A stretch of 64,000 nt of DNA, taken from positions 45,718 through 109,717 of the IMG/VR virus record IMGVR_UViG_3300018424_007835; one strand, 5' to 3'. How positions within the stretch are numbered: position 1 is the first letter of the stretch; each line of letters begins with the position of its first letter. A program made the translations under genes and the position numbers. The notes below the pieces were generated by a model. The model did no database searches, was not told the origin of the DNA, and saw only the letters and a program-made list of their open reading frames with translations. This document shows positions 28,801 through 37,231 of this stretch, one piece after another. Origin of the DNA: a virus.

Positions 28801-28825
28801 TATCGAAGCATTAGAGGCTAACTAG
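25808..28825 (+). CDS. Baseplate spike OB-fold fused to a long fibre with C-terminal intramolecular chaperone (S74-type)
   Basis: N-terminal GFYNAVV..VTIPRI...P.VGD..HVGFIEG; repeated ERMRID..GNVGIG; SDQRIK, GFIAQEV and terminal coiled coil. Confidence 0.8.
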   Translation: MVRRTSHNTSYSTGVTRPSGFYNAVVKAVGTGDNPTVSVTIPRIGLNNIYENVPVIGNTPVVGDNIHVGFIEGSSSAPVAISVRNNTVYFSDSAPDVALVGDLWHRLSDGNLFVYYNDGDTLQWVELVNGMGVTVAVDPPDDPSNLDLWLNLTTSVLSVYYDDGTSSQWLKVGPSAAYTLPLTDGSSGQVLKTDGLGNVSWQVDAGASASPSGVDGAIQFSAGGLFGSDENNLFWDDANNRLGVGTNTPSVELEVDGSIVATHIEAEFDGPSIVAIKNTSGSTIPKGSPVYATGSVGASGAVEVSAARADNAGNMPALGVTNTELNHNDLGHAVVLGVIRGMNTSSFSIGATLYVAPTGGLTDVKPVATATHLIQNIGKVIRVDGSTGEILVSGSGRTNDVPNSFSTSGNVSVGGDLDVAGNITLSGSINSGAAGADGSVQFASSGALASDNANFYWDDTNNRLGLGTSSPAELLHVVTASGAAYLRQDNGTATTYLGPDSANTGSFGTSTTHDVRFLTDNTERVRIDSSGNVGIGTTSPTAHSAQVLHLNGSGTSAALKVTNSTTGATNDDGLDIAVSGDVAYIIQREAADLQFHTAGTQRMVIDSSGNVGIGETAPHRPLVVNDYSASASSFPVHVANGVDGGGGVLNQEAGIWFSTGSSTATTRGAYISAKNTNGGGNAHDLIFATSANTSFPAERMRIDKEGNVGIGTSSPTYQLSLYNPSLGTTIGDEKAAIRVHTTTANDDFLDIKKRRWAASSSWQSSEWRIQATVDSTKMGYISFNNPNYGLSFGTTDVERMTIQQSGAVTVTSSQNNAAGSVFKVINTYTNDGHVVMNITHGNATPSSSGGWIRFDDVSGNQHGLLQGDGGGINLFSASDQRIKTAIVDADKDASVAVIKALQVRDFMWDEDGDGLKDEPGHGFIAQEVAQVLPSAAPGDPEGMEPCWRCEACTAEENAELSDEELLAVCITPKIKVMCLSMERMIPDLVAALQNALARIEALEAN

Positions 28826-28896
28826 TGGCTATTAAATTCTACGATTCGCCATCCGTAAGCGATACCTATATTGTTGTGGCGGCTGACAGCGGTTGA
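28825..28896 (+). pseudogene. Relic 5' end of a fibre-adaptor gene (MAIKFYDSPSVSDTY...)
   Basis: GTG overlaps the fibre stop; aligns with MAMDFPDSPAVNDTF at 58105; stops after 23 codons. Confidence 0.6.
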
Positions 28897-28954
28897 TGTT
28901 TCGTTCACCCGCCTGAACTCAGCTTTGTATAGAATAATCCTTGGAGGTGCTATA

Positions 28955-30019
28955 ATGTCTATCAATTTTCCTGATTATCCAAGCATAGGGCAAACATACA
29001 CTTTGGGTGCAACATGGCGGTGGGATGGCAGCACGTGGAGTGTAGTTTCTCGCTCATCGGGCGATGGGTCCAGCAGCGATGTAGAGACTTTTGTGGCGAG
29101 CGCTGCCCCTACTGATGTTTCGGAGGGGGCGTTTTGGTTTGACACAGTGAATAAGTCGCTTTCTGTTTATTACAACTCTGCTTGGGAGGCTGTTGGGGGT
29201 GAAGGGGCACCTGTGGCTTTGATTCAGGAATCAGTGCCGGTCGGGACAGCGGCTGGCGAGGTGTGGTTTCAACCATCTTCTGAAACAGTTTTTGTTTATT
29301 CGGGCACCACGTGGTCGGCCGCCAATAACGGTGTAAGTGTTACGGCTTCCCAGACCGCACCGTCTCCTGCCTCTGAAGGAGATTTATGGTTTGACAGCGT
29401 CACCGCTGATTTATTTTTGTATTTTGAACCCCAGGGACAGAGCGGCCAGTGGTTACAAGTCGGTGGAAACGTTCTGGCGTCAGTGACCACTCAAGAGACT
29501 ACTCCCCTCTCTGCTTCTGAAGGAGATTTGTGGTTTCAAAGCTCTTCTGGTTCGCTGTTTGTCCGGTATACCGGTGCGTGGATAGAAGTTGCTGGTGAAG
29601 CCCTGCCTCTAATACGGGATATTGATGGTGACACGTTGATTCAGGTTGAGGAGGGCCCTGATGAAGATGTCATTCGTTTTGACACTGCGGGTTCTGAGCG
29701 GATGACAATTGACGCAGGTGGGGCAGTTGCGATTGTAGGTACCGCTTCGATTGGAGGCTCCGCTTCGCTTTCGGGGGGAGTTACAATTGGGTCTGGTGGG
29801 ACAGAGTTCACATTACCCACTGTGGATGGGACAGAGAATCAGGTTTTGAAAACTAACGGTAGCGGCGCTGTTTCTTGGGTTGACAGAGATCTAGTTACGG
29901 TAAATCATGGGAGCACTGCTACCACCGCTCGTCCGACGGGTGTAGATAAAGTGCTGTGGATTGGTACCGCTGACCCGACTAATAAAGCGACCGGCGATAT
30001 TTGGTTGGATTTAACATGA
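28955..30019 (+). CDS. Tail fibre adaptor with four P..G.(L/V/F)WF repeats
   Basis: GGAGG RBS; start MSINFPDYP; repeated (E)GDLWF modules; ends GTADPTNKATGDIWLD. Confidence 0.75.
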   Translation: MSINFPDYPSIGQTYTLGATWRWDGSTWSVVSRSSGDGSSSDVETFVASAAPTDVSEGAFWFDTVNKSLSVYYNSAWEAVGGEGAPVALIQESVPVGTAAGEVWFQPSSETVFVYSGTTWSAANNGVSVTASQTAPSPASEGDLWFDSVTADLFLYFEPQGQSGQWLQVGGNVLASVTTQETTPLSASEGDLWFQSSSGSLFVRYTGAWIEVAGEALPLIRDIDGDTLIQVEEGPDEDVIRFDTAGSERMTIDAGGAVAIVGTASIGGSASLSGGVTIGSGGTEFTLPTVDGTENQVLKTNGSGAVSWVDRDLVTVNHGSTATTARPTGVDKVLWIGTADPTNKATGDIWLDLT

Positions 30020-30495
30020 GAATACTGGTTTTTATTGGAAGTGACATAGCAGAAGATAATTGGAACTATGGTGATATAATTTCGGTGCATCCTGATAACC
30101 ACCGGTTTGGTAACTACGAATCCTTAGAGGTGTGGGTTGCTGGGGGAGGGGCACCAGAAGAGTTCCCTTCTGCCAATATGGGAATTATAGACTTACCCGG
30201 TGAGCCCGCTGATGTGAACTTAATGGATGCAGCGTTCTACGAAACGGGGGCAGTGGCGTTTAAGCGTGGGTGGTCATTGAATTTAAAAAATTTGAGCCGT
30301 ACAAATTCTGAAAAACTGAACAGTTTGGGTGGGCATATTGTGTTGTCTCGGGGGGAGGGACGTAGGTTAATTTCTCGTAAGACTGACGGTCAGCGGCTTC
30401 CTCCACGGCTAGAGTCTGATGATGGTGAAAAACATCGTTTTGCTGATACTGAAGTTGGGGTGGCTCCGCCTGGACTTAGGGGCAGACATGGCTGA
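30016..30495 (+). CDS. Hypothetical protein in the fibre cassette
   Basis: ATGA coupling to the upstream gene. Confidence 0.7.
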   Translation: MRILVFIGSDIAEDNWNYGDIISVHPDNHRFGNYESLEVWVAGGGAPEEFPSANMGIIDLPGEPADVNLMDAAFYETGAVAFKRGWSLNLKNLSRTNSEKLNSLGGHIVLSRGEGRRLISRKTDGQRLPPRLESDDGEKHRFADTEVGVAPPGLRGRHG

Positions 30496-31747
30496 AATTG
30501 TGAGGACAATTGGTTCGGGTAGGGATTATAGCACGATTGCGGCTTGGGAGGCCGGAAACACTACTGACGGCTGGGACACTAGTACTGCTAACACCGATAT
30601 TTGGAAGGGTGTTATTATGGACGCTTCGGCGTTTGATGAGAGGGTTGTTATTTCTTCAACGAATGGTACTAGGTCGTCTTCAAGTTATCAGTGGTTGACG
30701 GTTGATCCGTCTGTTAGGCATGCTGGGGTGCCTGGGGGTACGAATTATGCCAGATTAGACTCTAGCGCTATGAGTAGGGTCATTCAAATTCAGGACGACT
30801 ATTTTCGTCTTAGTAATTTGGAAATAATAGGTACAGCGACCGATTCTGGTGGTTCTACTATTCTGAGCGCTGTGGCCGTAGAAGCAAATAATGTTTTGGT
30901 TGAGAAATGTATGATTTGGCAGAAGAATGGACAGTCCTACTCTACCACTAGAGAGTATTATGGTATAAGCACTTTTGGTATGGGCCAGGGCGAGGTGCTC
31001 TCTATTGATAATTGTTTGATTTTTGGTTGGAGTAAAGCGGGTATAATGGACCGGGATGGGGATGCTCTTACTTTGAACATAGACTACTGTACTGTTTGTT
31101 TGAACGGTGACGGTGACCTTTACTCATCGTATACAGGCAACTTGGGCACAAGTTTTTCTAGTGGCACCCACTCTACCTATAACCTGTATAATAATTGTTT
31201 TGCAGGACTTGGGGGCGTATTTCATGGGCAGACACGGAACGGATCGCTCGATTGGGAGGTATACAATCAAAGCAATACGTCAACTGGTGATTATGCCGGT
31301 AGCCACAACGGGGTGACTTCTAGTGGGCTGGTGGAAATCGGCACAGAGAACAACTCAAACTCGATGTCAAACTGGGTGTATGCGGCCGGGGGAGTGTCCA
31401 CTTCTACCGCTTCAACTGCTTTCATTTTCACAGATCTTACATTTGACGCCAACGACGACCCTTCTTCGATAGATTTTACACCGGTTAATCATGCTAACAA
31501 TGCGCTTCTTTCCGCTGGAACAAACCGCATAGGTAGCGAGCCGGATAGTCGTCAAGACTTCGCTGTAGATTTGGCCGGTAATACCCGTAGTGAGTCAAAC
31601 ACCGATTTGGGTGCAATAGTTCTGGTAACCGCCACGGTTTCTGATAGATTTAAGTTTTATAGCAACAACGCATGGTCGGGGGTTAAACCAATGAAATATT
31701 GGAATGGTACCCAGTGGCAGACTGTTTCCAACACTACTGCTGCATAA
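30488..31747 (+). CDS. Beta-helix (pectin-lyase-like) receptor-binding/depolymerase-like protein
   Basis: IGSGRDYSTIAAWE, regularly spaced NC/YC-hydrophobic strands, D..G..R....DLGA; ends KYWNGTQW. Confidence 0.65.
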   Translation: MAEIVRTIGSGRDYSTIAAWEAGNTTDGWDTSTANTDIWKGVIMDASAFDERVVISSTNGTRSSSSYQWLTVDPSVRHAGVPGGTNYARLDSSAMSRVIQIQDDYFRLSNLEIIGTATDSGGSTILSAVAVEANNVLVEKCMIWQKNGQSYSTTREYYGISTFGMGQGEVLSIDNCLIFGWSKAGIMDRDGDALTLNIDYCTVCLNGDGDLYSSYTGNLGTSFSSGTHSTYNLYNNCFAGLGGVFHGQTRNGSLDWEVYNQSNTSTGDYAGSHNGVTSSGLVEIGTENNSNSMSNWVYAAGGVSTSTASTAFIFTDLTFDANDDPSSIDFTPVNHANNALLSAGTNRIGSEPDSRQDFAVDLAGNTRSESNTDLGAIVLVTATVSDRFKFYSNNAWSGVKPMKYWNGTQWQTVSNTTAA

Positions 31748-31790
31748 TTTTCAGTAAAATAGTTGTAGTCGTCAGTTTAGGGAGTTTGTT

Positions 31791-33269
31791 ATGGCTGTGA
31801 GTTTACCTAGCGACCCGGTTAATGGGGCAACCTATACTTCAGGGTCGTCTACGTGGAGGTGGGATGGTTCGGTGTGGCGGCTGCAGACTACTGGGGTTGC
31901 TCCGCTTCCCACTGGGGCGATTACGTTAGATGATACAGGATGGTCTAATCTTAGTGGAACCAATCCGCAGACTGCTTTGAACTCTGTAGATTATCTTTTA
32001 AACGCTGCGAAGTCGGCTCTAGAGGACGCTAAAGAAAGTGCCAGGGTGTCAAATCCTGCTCACAAACTTTTTGTTGAAACAGTGACTTCGGATATTACTA
32101 TTGATGCTTCTTTCTTTACAAGCAGAGGGCTGTCGTCGGTTCCTACGACACACATTTTGTCGTTGAGGTTAATTAATTCAGCAACTGCTGCGTTGTCTAT
32201 CAACTGGGGCGCAAATATTAAAGATGTGGGCCGGGTGGCACGCCCTACGTTGCTTGGGATAAATAATGTTGAAGATTTTGTGCTGTGGACGTACGACGGT
32301 GGGACGAATTGGGATATGGCTTACACTGCTGATAGCTCTGTCGGTGTCGGTTTACAGATTGCACCACCTGCGAGCGCCGCACCGCCTCCAACCGAATTTG
32401 CACCGGCCCCGCCATCGGTTGTGTATTCTAAGGGGTTTGTGAATACTATATTTGGTGACGAAAATAATGCTTTAACGGTTGATTTCACTGGGGTACCTTA
32501 TCAGGTGGGTGATTTGTTGCTTGTGGTGACGCAGGCAAACGCTAATCGTATGAATCCGATAGTAGGGACCAACGGGTATTTTCCTGCGGATGTGAGCGCA
32601 GATTCTGACAACGATGGGTTTGTGTCTAACTTTTCGTCAAGTTGGCAAACTTTTGTTAATACAACCTCTACCAGAAGTGCAGATGTGGGTATGTTTGTGT
32701 TTTATTTGAAAGTTGAGGGTAAACATTTGCCGGGTGGCAGTGATGCGTTGGGGGAGCAGACATGGGCGACGTTGAATCCGGCGGGCAGTCGGTGTTATGG
32801 TGTTGTTGTTGTGCGTGGGCAGAACGGCGGTTTCAGCCCTGAGACGGCTCCTCACCGGTTGAACCATCAAAACTTCGCCAGTAACTATACGCAGTATGTG
32901 AACCGGACTATGGTTGGGGAAAGTGTTGCGCATGCTGAAAATAGTTTACTTATTTGTGTGACTGGTTTTTTTGCGAGGGGTGACCTTAACACGACTGCAA
33001 CCTATGACCCCAACGATGATTACCCGACGCCGAGGTTGGATGCTGTTACGAGTGATGGCTTTGATCAGCTGACCACGCCTTCTGGGATGACTAAAGCCTA
33101 CATGACTGGCGTAATCGACAACCCTGGTAATAAACTAAGGAATGTGCAAAAATTGTCTTGGCAACAGTACACGGCTGCGGGAAATACTGGTGATAAGACT
33201 TGCACTAATCTTACTGCTACTAATTCTTTTAATGATGCTGTTACTGTTATGATTAGTATTCCTGCTTAG
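31791..33269 (+). CDS. Tail-associated/receptor-binding protein, paralog A
   Basis: N-terminal LPSDP.NG..Y...WRWDGSVW; LWTYDGG..W; GDLLLVV. Confidence 0.7.
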   Translation: MAVSLPSDPVNGATYTSGSSTWRWDGSVWRLQTTGVAPLPTGAITLDDTGWSNLSGTNPQTALNSVDYLLNAAKSALEDAKESARVSNPAHKLFVETVTSDITIDASFFTSRGLSSVPTTHILSLRLINSATAALSINWGANIKDVGRVARPTLLGINNVEDFVLWTYDGGTNWDMAYTADSSVGVGLQIAPPASAAPPPTEFAPAPPSVVYSKGFVNTIFGDENNALTVDFTGVPYQVGDLLLVVTQANANRMNPIVGTNGYFPADVSADSDNDGFVSNFSSSWQTFVNTTSTRSADVGMFVFYLKVEGKHLPGGSDALGEQTWATLNPAGSRCYGVVVVRGQNGGFSPETAPHRLNHQNFASNYTQYVNRTMVGESVAHAENSLLICVTGFFARGDLNTTATYDPNDDYPTPRLDAVTSDGFDQLTTPSGMTKAYMTGVIDNPGNKLRNVQKLSWQQYTAAGNTGDKTCTNLTATNSFNDAVTVMISIPA

Positions 33270-33320
33270 TGGGTGTAGTTGTGGTAGAATATATTTGGAT
33301 TTACAGTTTGAGGTAGCAAT

Positions 33321-34820
33321 ATGCCAATTTCTTTACCGTCTAACCCTTCTGATGGGCAAACTTATACTTTTGATTCAAAGACTTGGTCGTACAGCGCCGC
33401 CGCTGGTGTTTGGAAGAAGATTCGTGCGGCAGCCCCAGATTTATCAGGGGGGACTGTCAGTTTGGACGCTAACAACTGGGGTACTTTACAGGGCGGTACT
33501 TTGCAGCAAGTGCTGGACAGCATAGACACCGCTATAGGCACAATTAATACTGATATATCCAATGGAGTTACAGTCCAAGCTGCGGTCCCTTCGATGTTAT
33601 ATAAAGCGGTTAATGCATCAGTTGTAGTTGATAATGCGTTTTTAGATGGTTTAGGATTAACTACTATCCCACAAATGCATATGCTTACTTTAAGGCTGGC
33701 TAACTCTAGTGGGTCTGGATGGTCTGTTAGCTACGATTCATCAATTAGTGATATTGGTTCAACAGCTGCCCCGACGAGCGTGGCCAACGACAGTTCACAC
33801 GATTTCTTATTGTGGACTTATGATGGCGGGTCGTCATGGAACATGATGTATATTTTGCTGTCTGATCTGAATACGGGTGCTACGACGGCGATTAGTGTTG
33901 AGCCTACTACTGTGGCACCGTATTTGGTTTATTCTCAGATTCAGCATTATTCGGGCCAATCTGGTGCTAGTACGTCGGATGTAATTGATTTTGATAGTGT
34001 GCATTTCTTGAATCAATCCGGTGTGTTGCAGCAGGGTGATTTGCTTTTGGTTGTGTATCAGGGCACGGGTGCTTATTTGAATACGGACAGAGTTACAGCA
34101 CCTGCCGGGTGGACACAGTTGTTTGGTTTTGCCGAGGATGCGATTATTTCTGCCGAGGAACCACCTGGACCTGGTGATGATGGCGGTTCCTCGGATGATG
34201 AAGATGATTATTCTGTCCAAATGATTGCGTATTATCGAGTTGTTGGAGCAAACGATCCTGGCAATTTAGGCACACATACGTGGTCTACCGACAATGGTAC
34301 CGGTAGTCGACTTTTATCGTTGGCTGTTGTACGTGGGGCGGATACGACGAGTATCCCTACTTACACCACGAATGTTGAGTCGTTTTCTACTTTCAAGGGC
34401 AATACTACTAACAACGATATTTGGAATGGGGATGGGGATAGTGGGGCTGGTGCAGCGTCGAACTCCCCAACTGCTACTACTGCAACGCTTTCGGCTGATA
34501 GTGTTTCTTATTCTGCTAATAGTTTGGTTTTGGGGTATTTTGGGTATTTTAATAAAGGTAACTCGGCCACCCAGCCTCAAATGCAACCGAAGGTTGACAT
34601 GACTGATTTTTTGTCGACGCCCGCAGGGATGATTTCTCATGGGATAGAGGGCACCCCGGGGGCGGAGTCGGGCAATAGTTTGCGACATGTGCAGAAGCTT
34701 GTGTCTCAGACATATAGTGGCTTAGCGGGGGGGTCTACTGGGGCTAAGACTAGTTCAACTAAAGAACCTGCCGATACGTACAATAACGGTTTTAGTGCTT
34801 TAATTGTTATTCCTAGTTGA
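33321..34820 (+). CDS. Tail-associated/receptor-binding protein, paralog B
   Basis: Collinear with 31791-33269 (LWTYDGG, GDLLLVV, LR.VQKL). Confidence 0.7.
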   Translation: MPISLPSNPSDGQTYTFDSKTWSYSAAAGVWKKIRAAAPDLSGGTVSLDANNWGTLQGGTLQQVLDSIDTAIGTINTDISNGVTVQAAVPSMLYKAVNASVVVDNAFLDGLGLTTIPQMHMLTLRLANSSGSGWSVSYDSSISDIGSTAAPTSVANDSSHDFLLWTYDGGSSWNMMYILLSDLNTGATTAISVEPTTVAPYLVYSQIQHYSGQSGASTSDVIDFDSVHFLNQSGVLQQGDLLLVVYQGTGAYLNTDRVTAPAGWTQLFGFAEDAIISAEEPPGPGDDGGSSDDEDDYSVQMIAYYRVVGANDPGNLGTHTWSTDNGTGSRLLSLAVVRGADTTSIPTYTTNVESFSTFKGNTTNNDIWNGDGDSGAGAASNSPTATTATLSADSVSYSANSLVLGYFGYFNKGNSATQPQMQPKVDMTDFLSTPAGMISHGIEGTPGAESGNSLRHVQKLVSQTYSGLAGGSTGAKTSSTKEPADTYNNGFSALIVIPS

Positions 34821-34833
34821 AAGATTGTGATAT

Positions 34834-36681
34834 ATGCCTACTCGTCCCGTAGTAAATTATCAAACAACAACCGGCGACACTTCTTTTGGATCGGATGCCA
34901 ATTACAATGACAAGGGCCGTAAAGATACCACTTCGTGGTATGGTTTTGATTCGAATAATACTCTAGTTTTACGGGACAGCTCTCTGGAAATTCAGACACA
35001 TTTATTAGAACGGGGTATGGTTAATGACGCTATGACGCTTGTGACAGCGACGGCCACACACAGTGACCCGAATTGGAACGGGTCCCAGTCTACTGGTGTA
35101 GGGTTAAAAGCTGATCCGTTGGTTGTTCCAGGTGCTGAGTCTGGGCATTATCATCACTTTATTGGTAACATTTTCACAAAAGATGATGATGTAAATAATT
35201 TGTTGGCCTCTAATAATAGTCAGGTGCGCTACGAAGAAGGTAGTGGGGTTCACCGGTATATTGACAATCCTCGGGGTGGGTGGCCCGCTAGAACGTTGCA
35301 TCAAAATTCGCCGACCGACCCGGTTGAAGTGGTGGGACATTTTCCTGGGGTTTGGTTCCCTACTCCGTTTTGGAGGGGGAAACCGGTAAAGATTGCTGAC
35401 GCTAAGTCAGTCTATTACACCAGGCAGAGGTTTTATCCTGAAGATGCCAGATTGGTGGCGCTTCCTTCCGGCGCAGGATGGGTGTCGTTTAACATGCACC
35501 TCGCCCATTCTGGAGGGCCGGGCGGCTGGAGACTAAGTGTTCGGGGTCCTGATTGGTTTGATTTGGAGAACTTGCACTTTGGGCCATTTCCCAATCGACC
35601 GCCCGAGGAAGGTGGTGGGGCGTGGACGACGTTCCAACAGGATGTTGGTGGTGTGGGGTTTGGTAACACGAAGCCAAATAAGCCGACGGCGTTTTGGACT
35701 CCGCAGGTTCAAGCATATTTAGGATTTTTTTGGCCTAATGGTATTGGCCCTGATAACCCTGATTGGAATGACGAGCCTTTAAGCTACAAAGACGAAACTG
35801 GTACTAACCCGGGGCTCGGGTATGCGGCCGGGGTCAGGGGAGCCGCAGATAGTCGATGGACGTATGGTATGCCGAAGCAGATGTCGGGGATGCCCCGGGT
35901 TCCTTTTCATATGGATTACATTTCTGCTCATGGAAGTTCTTTTAATCAGTATGCCACAGTGCCCGCTAGATCAACAAAAAGGGATAAGATAACCATACAA
36001 AGACGTACATACCAAATTGTGCAGAATCCGTTGGGAAATACCATTCAATTTTCGGGTTACACTTCGCAATCTAGTATTCCTAATATAGACAATTTTATGC
36101 AAGACCTCATAGATAGGTCTTTAAACAATAATATTTTTGGTTTAGGGTCGTCGCACTCGACAGGTTTACATAAGTGGGAAGGCGTTATTGCTACAGGTAA
36201 TGCGGAAACTTTACCCCCCTCATCTATTCCAGAAGTGGACGAGGGGGAGGAGGAGGACGGTGATTTAGAGGCACCGCCATTGTCGGTTCGTATTCTACAG
36301 AAAAGCATAGACGGGTTAACAGTAAAGCTTGATTATGTGTTAAGCATTACGGTCCGTAGTCAAGTTCGCTTAGATTGGAATTTTGGTGACGGTAAAACAC
36401 AGAGTGTGGCTGATGGTTCTGGCACCATAGAACATACGTATGCCCAACTGGGCACCTATACTGTTAAGTTGACTGTAACAGATTTGAACGATGCAACTGT
36501 TACAACTTCAGATGAATTAACGATTGAGTTAAAACGGGCCCCTGCGTTGGTATCTAGTAGTGCGGGAGGTGGCCTAGCCAATCCTGTAGCATTGCTGATG
36601 GCTGTGGCTACTGGCGGGGTTGATGGACAGCGAAAGGCAGTTCAGTTTGGCAGCGATGCAGATGCAACCGCACATATGTAG
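34834..36681 (+). CDS. DUF1996-like protein with C-terminal PKD domain
   Basis: DPLVVPG...HYHHFIGN and FHMDYI; WNFGDG...HTYAQLGTYTVKLTVTD. Confidence 0.7.
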   Translation: MPTRPVVNYQTTTGDTSFGSDANYNDKGRKDTTSWYGFDSNNTLVLRDSSLEIQTHLLERGMVNDAMTLVTATATHSDPNWNGSQSTGVGLKADPLVVPGAESGHYHHFIGNIFTKDDDVNNLLASNNSQVRYEEGSGVHRYIDNPRGGWPARTLHQNSPTDPVEVVGHFPGVWFPTPFWRGKPVKIADAKSVYYTRQRFYPEDARLVALPSGAGWVSFNMHLAHSGGPGGWRLSVRGPDWFDLENLHFGPFPNRPPEEGGGAWTTFQQDVGGVGFGNTKPNKPTAFWTPQVQAYLGFFWPNGIGPDNPDWNDEPLSYKDETGTNPGLGYAAGVRGAADSRWTYGMPKQMSGMPRVPFHMDYISAHGSSFNQYATVPARSTKRDKITIQRRTYQIVQNPLGNTIQFSGYTSQSSIPNIDNFMQDLIDRSLNNNIFGLGSSHSTGLHKWEGVIATGNAETLPPSSIPEVDEGEEEDGDLEAPPLSVRILQKSIDGLTVKLDYVLSITVRSQVRLDWNFGDGKTQSVADGSGTIEHTYAQLGTYTVKLTVTDLNDATVTTSDELTIELKRAPALVSSSAGGGLANPVALLMAVATGGVDGQRKAVQFGSDADATAHM

Positions 36682-36719
36682 TGTGTATCCTACTGTGGGG
36701 TAGTTAATATATTCACAAC

Positions 36720-36748
36720 TTGACATTTACCTGCCACGTGCTAGACTA
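36720..36748 (+). promoter_or_regulatory. Promoter TTGACA...TG-C-TAGACT
   Basis: Consensus -35 and extended -10. Confidence 0.65.
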
Positions 36749-36784
36749 ATTCAATGCTTCAAAAACATAGCGGAAGGGGACATT

Positions 36785-37162
36785 ATGTTTGCAGAGCTTG
36801 TAGTAGCCTGGATTTTAATGATGAACGCCAGAACTCCATGTGAGACCTCTGAGCAGTGTGAAACTTACATTCGCCCATACGTGGAGTTTGTTTTTGAAGA
36901 CCACCCGGTCACCACCGCTGAAGCTGCGGTACAAGTGGCGTGGTGCGAGTCTCGTTGGAAACCGTGGGCTAGAAATAGGCACAGTACAGCCACTGGCCTT
37001 TTTCAGTACCTGTACGGCACCTGGCACGCTGAAGCCCACTATTGGGGGTGGGATGAGTTGTCTGATCCGTCGCACAGGTTTGATCCCGTTCTGATGACGA
37101 ACCTGACTTATAAGGTTGTGGAGCGTGATAATGGTTGGCGGCAGTGGCAGTGTAAGCCTTAA
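36785..37162 (+). CDS. Lytic transglycosylase (SLT/lysozyme-like) with hydrophobic N-terminus
   Basis: VAWCESR...ARN..STATGLFQY...TW...GW.QW.C. Confidence 0.82.
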   Translation: MFAELVVAWILMMNARTPCETSEQCETYIRPYVEFVFEDHPVTTAEAAVQVAWCESRWKPWARNRHSTATGLFQYLYGTWHAEAHYWGWDELSDPSHRFDPVLMTNLTYKVVERDNGWRQWQCKP

Positions 37163-37231
37163 TTGCTGGCCACGCCTGTGCTTTTGGTGTAAACTATTAT
37201 TGAATATTGTTTATCCGAAAGGACTTTTTTG

